Notes: generated from the letters alone by a model not told the origin. 64,000 bases of DNA from Penicillus capitatus (GCA_965649825.1 OZ287695.1:806001-870000); one strand, 5' to 3'. Counted from the first letter of the stretch, positions 37,084 through 50,194 are shown. Program-made: numbers and translations.

Positions 37084-38770
37084 TCATTTCAGCGGTGGAA
37101 TGGGTCCATTTATCTGGGCGTATCGTCCCTGAAGGATGCCAAAGCGTAGGATCATAAGAGCGGACTGACTCAGCCAGACACCCATGAGTCCCCATTGATG
37201 TGACTCGACCATCAGCAACGACGACGAAGCAACGAGTGATGACACCACCATTGCCCAGGCCATGAAATCGAAGTCTTTGGCGCCGATAAAGATGCCATCG
37301 AAGACGAAGGCGACGGAATTGAGCGGGAGCATCACGATGGCCAACGGGAGAATGGCGTCGATGGCGTCGATGACGGCGGGGTCTTGGGTGAAGACGTGAG
37401 GGAGGAGAGGATAGCTGAGGGTGTAGACGACGCTCAGACCACAACCGAGATACATCCCGAGCTGCAAGAGACGGTCGGAAACGCGTCGGACGCGTCGCCG
37501 ATGCGACGCCGTCGCGAGTTCGGTGGCGACGATGCTCGTTCCGGCAATGGCCAAGGCGTCGCTCATCAAGGAATGCAGCAGCCAGAGTTGAGCGAGGATT
37601 TGGTGGGCGGCGATCGATACGGCACCGAGATGCGTCGCCACGGAGGACGCGAGCGTCTTGGTGCCGACGAGGACGGACGTTCGCAGGAGAACGGTTCCGC
37701 CGGATTCCAGAAAGGGTAGATAACTGGCTCGGGCTCTCTGGAGAGCTTGAAGCGGCGAGCAGTCGAGTCCAATGACGTGCCGTCGCCTCCAGATCAGAAC
37801 GCAGTACGCCGAGGCACTCGCAATCTCGGCAAAGGCTGTGGCCAGAGCCGCGCCTTTCACACCCATGTGCAGTCCGTAAATCAGCACAGGATCGAGACAG
37901 AAATTCAAGGTATTGGCCGCCACAGTGATGGCGAGAGGCGTCTTTGTGTCCTGCAGACCGCGGAAGACGCCTTGCCCTGATAGACACAGCAGCGCAGCCG
38001 GCGCAGCAATGGACCTATACACGATAGAAGGGTGGGTCCTCTCGCCGAGGCCTCGGACGGATGAGACCTGGTAAGAAGGTACTCTCTGCTTGGAGCCAGC
38101 ATATCGGCCGAGGCACCCATGGCATGAAGAATGGGATCGACGTAGGATTCCAAACTGAGTAGGAGAGGAACACCGAGCAGGATGGCCAGTAGGAACGACT
38201 GTACTGTCGCCTGTCCTGCCTGAAACGCTAACCGTCGCTGGGAGGCGAAACACAGAGAAGCTATGTACCTTCTCTCGATCGTCAGAAGCAACGGCCGAAG
38301 CGACGAGAGGCGTCGTCGTGACGGCCAGGAAATTGAAAATAAAGAACGCCAGCGAAAAGACGCCTGTGTTGACGCCAAGTGCTGCCTAAGAGAGAGCGGC
38401 GCTCGTCTTGTCGACTGTACAGAGCGACAGGCATTACCAGTTCTGTCGATCCGAGTTTTCCAACATAAATGGTATCGACGATCGAGAGGAGCGGATCAGC
38501 GGCGAGTGTCAGCAACGCAGGACCAGTCAGGTCGAAAATCTGGGCATCGTAGTGCGATGCGCGCTTCCACTGAAACCAGCTCAGCCATCGCCGCCGAGGA
38601 ATGCGCCCAGAGCTGTGCCTCGTGTCCTGCTTCTGTGTTTCTTCTGCCTTGAACGGCGGCGGTGGTCGAGTCGAAGGTTTGTCCGTTTTTGGCGTCTTGG
38701 CATGGGTTCGTACAGAGATGGTTGATCGCCGCGTTGGGAGCAGTCGCGGCCTGAGGAATGAAAGCGACAT
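37084..38770 (-). CDS. MATE (DinF-like) efflux transporter with a probable plastid transit peptide (4 exons)
   Basis: Motifs PALLTLAADPLLSIVDTIYVGKLG, GVFRGLQDTKTPL, AAHQILAQLW and FVFDGIFIGAKDF; three GT-AG introns; Ser/Arg/Pro-rich N-terminus. Confidence 0.93.
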
Positions 38771-38847
38771 AGGGAAGAAAGCGTTGGTACGTTCAGAAGT
38801 CAACCTGCTATTTGACGTCACACCTTCAAACAACGCGCTCTTTGAAG

Positions 38848-41800
38848 ATGCCTCCTCATCGAAAGAAAAAAGACGCCGCGACAGATAAAGCGAAGTCACA
38901 GGGACCTGCGATGTCGACGCGAAGTCGTGCGCACCAACAGTCGAGCAGCGACGTAGAGGCCCCGCCCAGTCCACCCGACACAAAACGCAAGAGAAACGCC
39001 GCGAGCGAGACAAGACGTAACAAACCGACCGAAGGCACGCAGCGTATCTCCATGGCACACGACGCGCCGGCGCTAACGTGGCGTTCTCGCAGACGGATTG
39101 CCGAGGGAACCGCCGCCTCTCGATTTCAAAGAGCTTGCAAGTAATGGCACTTGGGGTGTCTTGTGCAATGTCAAAGAAGAGGTGCTCCTTCTTTTCGCTC
39201 GCCCATATCCGAGCTCATCGTGTGGCTCTTCAGTTTCCGGGTATCTTTCTGAGGGGCGACAAGTTTACCATCGGGCGAGAAAACTGTGATTGGAATATCA
39301 AGGAGCTCCCAGAGAACGAAGTGCTGTGCACTCTCAAGGTCTGAGCGATGGAATGGACGCCTAGGGTTGAGCACGGTTGATTGTGTAGATGTCATCTGAG
39401 CATGATTCATGTCAGTACTCTATCCTATCGCACTCGGTCTCACATCTGCTGAAACTCAATGACTTACTGCTGATGCCGGACGAAGAGGTAGGCCAGTAGA
39501 CGGTCCGTTTGGGAATAATATGTGTCTCGGATGCTGTGTAGAAGCCGTTGGTGAACGGAGATGTGATCTGCTGGTCGTTGAAGCCAGCGTGTTTTCACGT
39601 GTTTTTGGGCACGGCGCATTCCAATTGCGCCGATGCTCGCAAGAACTGTGCTACGGAATCGCGATTGGAAGATCCAGCGGGGTGCATTCTTCTGTAGAAG
39701 CCTGTTTGGTAAGAGGGCTGCGTTGGCAGGGTGACGACGGAGACCAAGGGTGAGGAACTGGTGGACATGAGTCAGAATGTGTACTGCGTGAAGAGCGTTC
39801 TGCTGGGGACACCGAGTTCTCAGGACCTGCCAGCCGCCGCCAAGAACGTCTCGCATTCTGTTCCGGTGACCAAATCGACGCTGCCAGCTGCATTGGATGC
39901 CATGGAGATTGACGATGCACCTCCTGAACGTATGCCGGAGATTATGGATCGCCTCAAACGTCTGGGGAAAATTCTGAAGACCACGACAAAAGTACCCTCG
40001 GTGACGTCGGCCCCAGAAAAAGGCATGTCGTGTCCTCTCGTGTTCTGTCTCACCGGGAATGGTGTAGAAGAGAGTAGTCAGGTGTCGATGTATTCTGTTA
40101 TGAAGGCGATCAAAGACAGTATTCAGTCTCCCGATGACATTTCCTTCTCTTTTCGTTCATTTCCTTACTACTTGTCCGAGAGGCTTCAGCATCTGCTCAT
40201 GTGCACGGCGACCGTTTACTTCCGGCACCAGTCGTTCGTTTCGTGCGTGCACAATATTGACTCGCTGAATCGAAGAATTTTGTTGACGGGACCTGGTGGA
40301 ACAAGCCGCTGTATGGCCGCCGTTGTGGCGTCGGTGGCAAAGGACGCCGGCGCGCATCTGATGACGTTTGATTGGGATCTAGTCACGGCAGAGGGAGAAG
40401 ATGACAATGAAGAAGATGGTGGAAACGGCGGCGGGGATGAGATTCTCGACGAGTTTGATTTTTTTGAAGAGTTTGAACGACGCTTTGCCAACACTGGAGA
40501 GGTGACGCCCTTCTCCCACCGTCTACCTAACAGCCACGCCTCTGTTTTCCATACAGAATCTCAATGTGGCATTCGGGAATCCGCGAAAATCGACAAAAAG
40601 AGGCCGAGGCAAAGTGTCGCCTCCGCGCACAGAGCTCGAAAAGCTGATGGCGTCGAAGAAGGCGCAAATTTCCTCGACGCCGAAATCATTCCGCAAAGGC
40701 GATCGGGTCGTGTTCATGGGCAACTCATCAAACGCTAGACAATCGCTGACGACACGACCTGCCGATACACCTGGCGTGACAGCTAACAACAGAGTAGGCG
40801 CTTTGATGTGACTGCGTATCGAGGTACTGAGACGCAGTGGGTGTGGTGTGGTGTGCAGGCACCTAGTGGAGAGACCGAGACAGCAACGGCATCGTCCATC
40901 GACGCTTCCTCTGGTCCACCCTTTGGCTGCTCGGGTCGCGTGGTGCTCACGTTGTCCGAAGAACCGCAACGTGTGGGTGTCTGTTTTGACACGACGGTGC
41001 CGGGAGGCTGGAATTTGGGAGAGCTCTGCGAAGCCGGACGTGGCTACGTCTGTTCTTCTGCAGATCTGAAGCACGAAGTTGTGAACAAACGCAGCGGACA
41101 AGAGAACATGATCATCGATACTTTCTTTGACATTGCTCAACAGACCGCCTCAAAGAAACCGCTCATCATTCATATCAAAGCAATATCGATCTCACTCTTT
41201 GTCACACAATTTATGCTGATGTGTTGGACAGGATGCCGAGTTGAGTGTTTTGGGCAAGGTGGATCGCTTTGGACGGTTTAAACGGCGCCTGGATATGCTT
41301 AACGGTTCGGTGCTGGTGATCGGCACGACGATTCGCGAACAAAAAAAGGACAGCAATCCTTCAGGACTGTTCTCAAAATTCGGTTCCCATCCGTCAGCGA
41401 TGCTGGAGTTTGGATTCTTTGAGAAGCTTGGAAAATCGGACGACAAATCGGCCAACAAGGCAGAGAACACCAAATCTGTCAAACTGCTGTCGCGACTGTT
41501 CCCCAATCATCTCTGTATCGTTCCACCCACGACGGAGCCGGAGCTTTCTGACTGGAAGAAGGCCATCGAGCGCGATACGGAGCTGATGAACGAAGAGAGC
41601 AATCGCCGGCTCATGTCCAGCGCCATTCAGAAATGCAATGCCTACTGTCCCGATCTCGACAAAATCGCCGTACACGATGCGCAGATGCCACCTGAAGACG
41701 TGGAGAAGCTCATTGGACTGTCGATTGCTAACAGACTAACGTGCAGTGGCGATCCCGAAATGCACGAAGGGAAGCTAGTGATTGGTAGGGAGGACATCGA

Positions 41801-42987
41801 AAAAGGCTCCGCCCTGTTCCGAGGCTTTCAGGACGAGCCGTCTTCATCCAAGGGCGATCTGCACGATGTCGTTACGGATAACGAATTCGAGAAGAGACTG
41901 CTGACGGAAGTGGTGCCTCCATCTGAAGTGGGCGTGGGATTCGATGACATCGGGGCGCTGGAGAATGTCAAAAAGACGTTGCACGAGATCGTGATGCTGC
42001 CGTTGCAGCGACCTGAGCTGTTTGCACGTGGTCAGCTATTGAAGCCCACCAAAGGCGTATTGCTTTTTGGACCTCCTGGTACTGGAAAGACGATGCTGGC
42101 GAAGGCGGTGGCGGCGGAATCGGGAGCCAATTTCTTAAACATGAGTGTCTCCTCCATCGCTTCCAAATGGTTCGGAGAGGGAGAGAAATACGTGCGCGCC
42201 CTGTTCTCTCTGGCGCACAAGATCTCGCCGTGCGTTATCTTTGTCGATGAGGTGGATTCTCTGCTGGGAAGACGTGACAAGACCAACGAACACGAAGCCA
42301 TGCGGAAAATTAAGAACGAGTTCATGGCAAACTGGGATGGACTGCGCACGAACGAACATGACCGGTGAGGACGCAGCCGATGTGACGTGTGCCTGTTTGT
42401 GAGATCTGTTTTCTAGTGTACTGGTCCTGGCGGCTACGAATCGTCCAATGGATCTGGACGACGCAGTGATTCGGAGAATGCCTCGTCGTCTGCTGGTGGA
42501 TCTGCCAGACGCTGAGAACAGGATCAAGATTCTGAATACGATCTTGCGTCACGAAGATGTGGATTCAGGATTCAGCTATGAAGAAATCGCTGCCGTGACA
42601 GATGGCTATTCAGGAAGTGATCTAAAGAATTTGTGTTTAGAGGCTGCCCTACATCCTGTGAGAGATTTTCTCAAGCGAGAGAACGAACAGGTTGCCCCTC
42701 TACCTGTCGCTGAGTCGACAGAGGACGCGACTCCCATACGCACAGACGACGAAAAACTTGTCCTTTCCTTGACGCCTAAAAAATCCAGTTCGACAAAGCA
42801 TGCCGACAAGAAGGCCAAAACGGTGCAGCTACGTCCGATCAGTATGGAAGATATGTTGGACGCCGCTCGACAGATTGCCTCGAGTGTATCGAACGATGCC
42901 ATCAGTATGACAGAGATTCGAAATTGGAATCAGATGTACGGCGAAGGCGGCAGTCGTCAGAAGACGCCTCTGTCCTATTTCGTATGA
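38848..42987 (+). CDS. Plant-type FHA-domain AAA+ ATPase (Msp1/ATAD1/spastin-related), multi-exon
   Basis: N-terminal FHA-like WGVL..FTIGRENCDWNIK; degenerate first AAA region (RRILLTGPGG); Walker A GVLLFGPPGTGKTMLAKA; Walker B VIFVDEVDS; second-region motif ATNRPMDLDDAVIRR; C-terminal WNQMYGEGGSR. Confidence 0.92.
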
Positions 42988-43138
42988 ATCTCTTGGTTTT
43001 GTTGCTCTCGGAGTTCCTTCTCTGTGTGGGTCATGCGTAAGCCATTGTCTATCGACGATGCGCTGCTGGTCGGACCATTTCTATCTAACGATCGATTGAT
43101 CTCTATAAATTTCGACCGCGGTCTGTTACGACATCACA

Positions 43139-43143
43139 TGTAA
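43139..43143 (+). promoter_or_regulatory. TGTAA, candidate polyadenylation signal of the AAA ATPase gene
   Basis: TGTAA about 150 nt downstream of the stop codon. Confidence 0.4.
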
Positions 43144-43543
43144 TTGAGGCGGATTGGACGAAGATATAGATTGCTGATAGGCTACAAGAACAGGGTCTAT
43201 TGTACCAGCATTCTCATAATGAAGAACCTCCAGCAATACACATAGATCGATGGGTCACTTGAGCAAGATCCGTCAAGGCACGAATTTCTCTCCTGTCTTC
43301 ATCCATCCATCCATTCACCCATCTCAACGGTTCCATCACATAAGCTTCTCTTTCTTTATTCTTTACCCGGACAGTACAACGTCACAATAGTTAAGGCGAT
43401 GACGCGATTCAACGGTCTGTACAGATCGCCTCGATAAGTTTTGAGTAAACAGTACTGTCCAAAAATATCAAAGATATCAAACTTGACTCAGAATCACTAT
43501 ACTGCCTGCAACAATAATGCTAATACGGTACGAAAAAGGCATC

Positions 43544-44323
43544 TTACGAAGGGATGATAGGATTCTGTTCTTTGGTGAGGGAAATGTCGTCGGGTGCAAA
43601 AGACTGCAAGATGGTTCGCAGGTGAACGATCTCTCTGTCTTTTTCATGAATGATTTTGTGCAAGGTTTGAATCATTTCTTGGGAGGAGCGCAGTTTGGCA
43701 TCCGTTTCTTTCAGTGTCTCATTATTACGTTCGACGGTGCGTGAGATGGCCTTCAACTGAAGTTCCAGTTCAAGATCAGTTCTATGAATTCGGTCAAGCA
43801 GCCTGGCAATACCACACACGATGGATGGCTCATAAAGCCAGGGATCCAACGCTGACACCTTTCTTGGGAATGCTTAAGTTCTCTGCATTCGTGTTGCAAA
43901 CGCTTGTAGTCATCACAAGAGTAACCCACGTCATCCACACGTGTTGGCGGCACAAGTGTCGTCGTCGAAAGCATCCGCGTCGTACTAAGCATTCGAAAAC
44001 GGACACCCCTGATTCCGCTGTTCGGTCGTGGCGTAAGTGCCTGCAGCAAAGAAGTTGAGTATGGGCAGAGGGCATGGTAGGACTTAGGTAACAGGTGCGT
44101 CATGTTTGTCGGTTATCCCATGTCGAACACTCGGTGTGTTGAGGTTGGCTGGCATGCGAAGCCAACCGCGAATGAACCCCCGTGTCCACGCAAAATTGTT
44201 CTCCGCGTCGTCGCCAGATTCGTTGTCCTCAATTGCGTCACTGACATAGTGCAATACTGGACGACGACTCCTGGCGTTTCGACTAAGCGAGACGCGAACC
44301 TCTTGACGCGCGCCATCCGGCAT
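43544..44323 (-). CDS. Hypothetical coiled-coil protein (3 exons, ~225 aa)
   Basis: Two GT-AG introns join ORFs 44084-44332, 43753-44103 and 43544-43858 in frame. The C-terminal half is heptad-rich (YKRLQHECRELKHSQERLLDRIHRTDLELELQLKAI...). Confidence 0.6.
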
Positions 44324-45778
44324 TTTCTCCACTGCCTCCGACTCTAACCTATAGCGCGCCTTTGAATGGAAGCATGAATCGTGCGTTTGTTATGTTGCGT
44401 TCTTAACGGTAGACAGGCCGCGTGTATTTGCGCGAAAATGATGATGCCGACAGTCAGCTGAGATATCGACCAATACAAAGGTGGCATGCCACTGTGCTGG
44501 TCCAATACTTAAAGTACTGCATTCGAGATGCGTCGAAGTTAATGGAGAGCATGAGAATGGATGTCTCTTTGATGTCGAACGGACGGTACGTCTCATCGAG
44601 AGCCTCTCGTCCGACGGATGGAACCGAGCTTTCCGGTAAACTTCATGTTTTTTGGACACTAGGCGATAACCGACGGCCACGCGCGGAGAGTTTTTTGGAG
44701 GTCATGGAACCGACAAGGCAGCTTCCCAATCGCCGCCTCTGTGCAGCAGTCGAATGACGGCGGGGCGACGAAGCACACGATGTGTGGTCGAGCCATTGGA
44801 CGAAGGCCGGATCTCTGTGCTGTCGGAAACGCCTTCGAGTGTTTCGTGCACTTCTGTTATGATAGCGATGGTCTGTACACAGGTTCTGTTTTTATGTATG
44901 TACTGTTGTCGTGCGATTCTGCTCTGCCTCGTACGGCGACGACCGTTGCGTCATCCCATGGCACCTGAATCTTCGCCAGGCGGCGCGGTTCTCTAAGGAC
45001 TGCCCGCTGTCGCACAGGGCTTTCCTGATGCGGTCGCCTGCGCTGCGTATAGGGAGGTGCATGAGCGAATCCTGCTCGAGTGAGATGGCATCCTTTTCGC
45101 CCTGTGCAGAGGATGGCACAGCAAAGAGCGCGTTGGAAAGAGCGGCTCGTGTTTGTCGGGGACTTCCGAGACTGTGCCAACAGTCGGTTCAGACAGAGCG
45201 TTCGTCGATGGTGGCGCAGAGCTGTTGATTATGTAAGGATTCGAAGGTTAGGTTAAAAAACACGGCAACTGATAACCGTCAGGTACCGACGCATGGAAGC
45301 CCTCCGAAGGCCATTCGGCCGACGGACGTCGCGCATCTCCCTCCACGTCTGCACACGGACCAGATGGATGCGGGACAGAAACACGTCGTCTCTCGTTGCG
45401 GACGACAGGCATAGGGCCGACCTGCATTTCCCATTGCAGCCTATCTATCCATAGAAAATGGTGCCGTGCCGTCAATCGTTGGTCTTTTCTCTGTTGTTCG
45501 ATGGCGGCGCATATGTGTGCCAGTAAAGGAGAGCTCGGCCTGCGTAGCTGTCGCTATAGAACAGATAGACGCAGTTTTGATGCCCACCTATACCCTGGAC
45601 AGGACATGTCTGTGCCCTCGCACATAAAGACAACGGTAGACTGCGGCAGACAGACAACGAAAGACCTGACCACACTTTGAGGACCTCTCAGTGTACGTTC
45701 TGACGAAGAAGAGCAGCGAGAGGCGCTTTAGGACCGTATCTTTGCTTAAGGTATGCAAACATGAAGCGTGATAAAGTA

Positions 45779-46897
45779 CTAGGGTTCGTTGAACATTTGA
45801 ATCTGGATTCTCTCTTCGCGAAGTTTGACACCATACAAACGCGAAATCTCGAGAAAAGCAAAAAACCAGACTGGGAGCACGACAATAAGCGCATCGATTC
45901 CTCCCCATATAAGAACCCCGGATAACCATGCAAGACAGGATACAATGACTGCCTTGAGGAATTTACCATACGGAAAGTAATCGGCGGAATCTTGACATCC
46001 AAAGTGAGAGGCGAGACGCGAAAACCAACGACTGTTCAAAACAGAGTCACCGCAGGTAATGCAGGAAAGGACTTCGGTGCTTTCTTCTGCACACTCTCCA
46101 TTGTGCAGGCAGCGTCCGTACAGTAAGATGAAAACGAGACCCAGGCCGCCGGCAAGTCCGATGCCGAGCTCGATGCTACACCATCCGCCAAAATGGGCAG
46201 CACAGCGCGTGAGAGATCTCTCACGGCATGCCCAGTGATGGCAGTAGCGATCCTCTCTTTGACGGCACTGGCAGAAGGACGATTCGATTTCGTAACTGGA
46301 TGAGATATTGCCCTTCCAGCTGTAACAGTACTCCCCTGTCACATCCTCCTCGAGGCAACGATAGTCTTCCGCCTCGGAGTATCCATCCGAACTGACATCG
46401 CTGCATGACCACTGGGCACAGTAGTTCTCATTGGCCGCCGGCAGGTCACACGCACATGTCAGACTGTTGCTAAGGTAGACATCCTCACAAGAGCTCGAGC
46501 CGCCGTCTATTCCGCCGCCGCCTGTGCAATGGGCCTTCTTTTTGACATGCGTTGTCTCGCACGTCCATCTCGTGCAGTAGGAGAGCCTCGCTGTCGCATC
46601 GATGCATGTACAAGTACCGTGTTCCCTTGTATGCTTGCTTTCTTCTTCAGTTGTCCAGTGACGACAGTAATTGATCCTGTTGTCTAAGCAGGAATAGACT
46701 TCTGAATCCGTCGCCTTAGCATCTCTCCACAGGCCTCCTCGGTACACTCCCGACTCGGTAAAATATCCGGCGTCGCGTTTCAGTCGGTGCCACGAGGACA
46801 GATTTTTATCCAAGTCCACGAACTCTTCGTTAGAAATCTTACGAGCGGCCACAGAGAACCAGCTCATGGCGAAAAAGAGAACACTGTACGCGTTCAT
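45779..46897 (-). CDS. Cys/Trp-repeat cell-surface membrane protein 1 (signal peptide, 3 predicted TM helices), intronless
   Basis: 372-aa ORF; hydrophobic N-terminus; RLKR|DAGY; five C-x(6-8)-YC-xx-W units; hydrophobic segments GIGLAGGLGLVFILLY and AVIVSCLAWLSGVLIWGGIDALIVVLPVWFFAF. Confidence 0.88.
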   Translation of the reverse strand: MNAYSVLFFAMSWFSVAARKISNEEFVDLDKNLSSWHRLKRDAGYFTESGVYRGGLWRDAKATDSEVYSCLDNRINYCRHWTTEEESKHTREHGTCTCIDATARLSYCTRWTCETTHVKKKAHCTGGGGIDGGSSSCEDVYLSNSLTCACDLPAANENYCAQWSCSDVSSDGYSEAEDYRCLEEDVTGEYCYSWKGNISSSYEIESSFCQCRQREDRYCHHWACRERSLTRCAAHFGGWCSIELGIGLAGGLGLVFILLYGRCLHNGECAEESTEVLSCITCGDSVLNSRWFSRLASHFGCQDSADYFPYGKFLKAVIVSCLAWLSGVLIWGGIDALIVVLPVWFFAFLEISRLYGVKLREERIQIQMFNEP

Positions 46898-47389
46898 CCT
46901 GTAAAGCGTGTTGTTTACTGCTCAGTAGAAACGATTAAATACTGAGGTCACACGATCTTCATGTTGAAAGTGTGTCTGCATATCATTTCTTCTCAGCGAA
47001 CAAGAAGATAGCTAAAATGGTCACAACCGTCGCCTTCAAAAAGCAGAACGGTCGACACGCACGACCCTCATCGCAACGCACAGGCGATTCGCACCAACAG
47101 GACGCGTTTACAAAGAAACGATCACACACACGGCGGCGGTCCTTATCTGTCGCAGTGCCCCACCATCCCCTGCCTCGAAGCAGATTCTCGTCGTGATCGA
47201 GTCACAAAGACGCCATCCATCGCGCAGAATTCTCTAAAGTATGCGCACCTTGTCGTGATCCTTTGCGTCACACTTTTAAGATGTCATTGTTGGCCGAAAA
47301 TGCTCTTCGATGCTATACGTCATCACTCTTTTTTGGTCATCCGTCCGACAGTAGACAGCATCAGGAATCACTTCCTTGAGCCCACGTCA

Positions 47390-48505
47390 TTACACGTTTG
47401 ATATCTCAACAGTCGAACCTGTTTGCCGAGTCCTGTTTCGGCGTTTCGTTGCACAGTCCAAACGTAAAAACTCAAAGGTAACAAAAAACCAGATCGGTAG
47501 AACAATGATCAGCGCATCGACGCCTCCCCATATGAGCACCCCGGACAGCCATGGAAGACAGAGCAATACAATAGCAATACAAAACCTCCAGACGCGAAAA
47601 CAATCAAACGCGCCAGGACGACGCAAAGAAGAGACAGAGTCCTCGCACTCGTCGATGTGCAGCATAACACTGAGGCATCGAACGAAGGGCAGCCAATTGA
47701 AGCATCGCGTGTTCGGTTCGTATCGGAAAGCGCAGCCACACAACAACAGAAAGAGGAGACCAAAGCCGCCACCCACAAACACACCGACCTCCAGTCGGCA
47801 CCACCCACCGAAATGCGCTCGACAGCGAATCACTGTTCTCTCGCGACATTCCCAGTACTTACAGAAACGTTCCCCTCGATCGAAGCATTGACAGAAGGAC
47901 GATTCGATGGCATACCTCGACGAGGCGTTTCCTCTCCACTGGTAGCAATACTGTCCGCCAACATCTTCGGTGAGGCACTGATAATCCTCCTCCTCCGAAT
48001 ACCCATCGGAGGTGCGTTCGCTGCATTTCCACTGTGAACAGTACATTCGATTCTCGGCAGGTATCTCGCAGCTGCACGAAAGTGCATCGTCCTGTTGGCG
48101 TTCATAGCACGCCCTGCTGTGGCCTTCCGTTCGACAGTTTGTTCTCTTGCTGATATGCGACGTCAAGCAATTCCATTGTTGGCAATAGGGCTGTTCGGTT
48201 TCGGCGCACAGACATGTGCCATACTCAATCTTCCGTCGGTTCTCTTCTCTGAGTGACCATTGCCCACATCCCGTTTGTGTGATATTCATGCAGTGATAGA
48301 CCTCTCGCTCAGTGTAGCTTGCGAGGCGCCACAGGCCTCCTTTCCAAACGCCGTTTTCCGTATAGTAGCCGGCATCTCTCTTCATGCGGTTCCACGAACG
48401 CAGACCCTCTCTGAAATCGCGAGACAGTTCTTCCTCTGACAGTGCTGTCGCTGAGAACGAGACCATTATCGAGACGAAAAGAAGACAACGGCGTTCTGCT
48501 AGCAT
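47390..48505 (-). CDS. Cys/Trp-repeat cell-surface membrane protein 2 (tandem paralog of 45779-46897)
   Basis: 371-aa ORF with the same architecture; shares KRDAGY.TE.GV..GGLWR, SDGYSE.EDY.CL.EDV.G.YCY.W, IESSFCQC, RC.AHFGGWC and WLSGVLIWGG.DALI.VLP.WFF. Confidence 0.88.
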   Translation of the reverse strand: MLAERRCLLFVSIMVSFSATALSEEELSRDFREGLRSWNRMKRDAGYYTENGVWKGGLWRLASYTEREVYHCMNITQTGCGQWSLREENRRKIEYGTCLCAETEQPYCQQWNCLTSHISKRTNCRTEGHSRACYERQQDDALSCSCEIPAENRMYCSQWKCSERTSDGYSEEEDYQCLTEDVGGQYCYQWRGNASSRYAIESSFCQCFDRGERFCKYWECRERTVIRCRAHFGGWCRLEVGVFVGGGFGLLFLLLCGCAFRYEPNTRCFNWLPFVRCLSVMLHIDECEDSVSSLRRPGAFDCFRVWRFCIAIVLLCLPWLSGVLIWGGVDALIIVLPIWFFVTFEFLRLDCATKRRNRTRQTGSTVEISNV

Positions 48506-49020
48506 CTTATGGAGGCACTGAGGCCGACTCCGTTATGCAGACACGCAAAGACTTGGATAAAATCCGATTGTGCGGCGACCTGCGTTGAAGGTACTGCAAC
48601 ATTCCGACTGTTGCAGTGCATCGAGGTGTACAGCATCGATCCGTGCACGATCGATCGATCGTAACCGTTTCAACCATCTATCCACATGAAAGGACGACCC
48701 TCCATCGAGGGCCCTTCACTAGCGCATGCATAGACGGTGCAGATCCACATCATCATTTGAAAAACATAACACTCCACAGCTGGCGAAGTGGAGGAGAACG
48801 CGATCGGTGTGCTTAGGCGTCGATGATGGGACGTTTACAATGGAAGGGCCTGGCTGGTTTAAAGAACGTCTATCGCACTTCCTTTTGGGCACCAATCAAA
48901 TAACAACGAACATACCAGCGCGTGTTGGTTGTCAATCGAGCCCGCTAGCTGCTGGCCATTCAAATCTAGATCCAAGTGAATATCGCATAGAGATCATCAA
49001 TAGAATCGACGAAAAGCTCT

Positions 49021-50194
49021 TCAGCTTTTCTGCTTGTCCCACCAATCCATTCCCAATCTCCACAGCACCGTGAACATAATCCCCTGCATTCCATTGGTGA
49101 GAATTTTTGTCTTCAGTCCACGAAACATCAGTCCAGATACGCCATCCTTCTGCAGGACATGCTGTGCCATACCCATCCGTCAGTACGCGATCCATCGAGG
49201 CGATGTCTCACTCTAACGACTTGTGGATAGGTCATGGGCGTCGTGGCTGTCTGTCTTGTGGTCTTGATGACTCGAATGGAATTGGAACATGTGTCCGATA
49301 CGAAAGAACTGGAGAATCCCAAAACGGCGCTGCGCATGAGCTTCTTCGCAAATTCGTCGTATTGTGGAAGATATGCATTCAAGTAATTGTACTGCATCAC
49401 AGGGCACGTGATGAAGGGGTGGTTGAGTGAGGGAGTGGTCACTCACTGTAGCAAACCATGGATAATGGCCCACCGCCGTGGCCGTCGCTGCGGCCAGTGC
49501 TCCATGGAAAAGAACAGGCGGTCCGTTTGTCGAGAGCTTTCCGCCCAAAATCCGCAACCCATTCTTCCCCTCGACCTGAATCGACACAGCTCTATGCAAC
49601 GACGCATACAGGTCGCCTTCTTGCTTGGAGGATCGTCTTGCACGTGTCCACAGGCATCAGCAATATGCGAAAGGATGCCGCCGCCAACGAAGCGCTGCCT
49701 GTTTTGACGCCGAGTGGCAGAGTCGTTGTTGCCTCATAGCTGTCCAGCAATGCCAGCATGCCAGTATTCGAAGCCGTGTCTCCAAACCGACTCAGTGGCC
49801 CCTGGATGAGAGCGGGTCCCACGCCTCTGTAGAATCGCCGAACGCCTCCTTGGGCATAGAGCGTCTGCAGAGCGTGCAGCGTGCCGGTGCCATAACGGTA
49901 CTGATAGTTGACCGTGGTGCGCAGCCACATGAGAGAAAGCACCTGAATACCCATGGCCACCATTCCTGGGACCCCTCCACTCAAGGCACGCGACCCAGCG
50001 GAGGATACAATGTCGCGAAACGACTTCTCCGCCTTGGAGTACACGGAGACTGGGGCCAGTCCTTTTCCGAGGGACCCCCTGTCAAACGCCGTCGTCTTCC
50101 GGACGATGTCATGAGTGGTCGGTCGTGGTGTCGCGAGACGTTCAAGTGTCTTGGAGCCTTTGATGACGTCCCAGAAAGGCGAGACGGAATGCAT
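49021..50194 (-). CDS. Mitochondrial carrier family (SLC25) protein (4 exons)
   Basis: Motifs [47 protein letters not shown]|[12 protein letters not shown] and [17 protein letters not shown]; spliced frame ends at TGA 49021-49023. Confidence 0.9.

Noticed and set aside
39035-39092. Apparent GC donor (GCACGC) in the first AAA ATPase intron
   Set aside because: A GT donor 9 nt downstream (GTATCT) has the same phase and gives a typical 49-nt intron.
44543-45680. Several short ORFs between the coiled-coil gene and the Cys/Trp membrane genes
   Set aside because: No consistent exon chain or recognisable motif.
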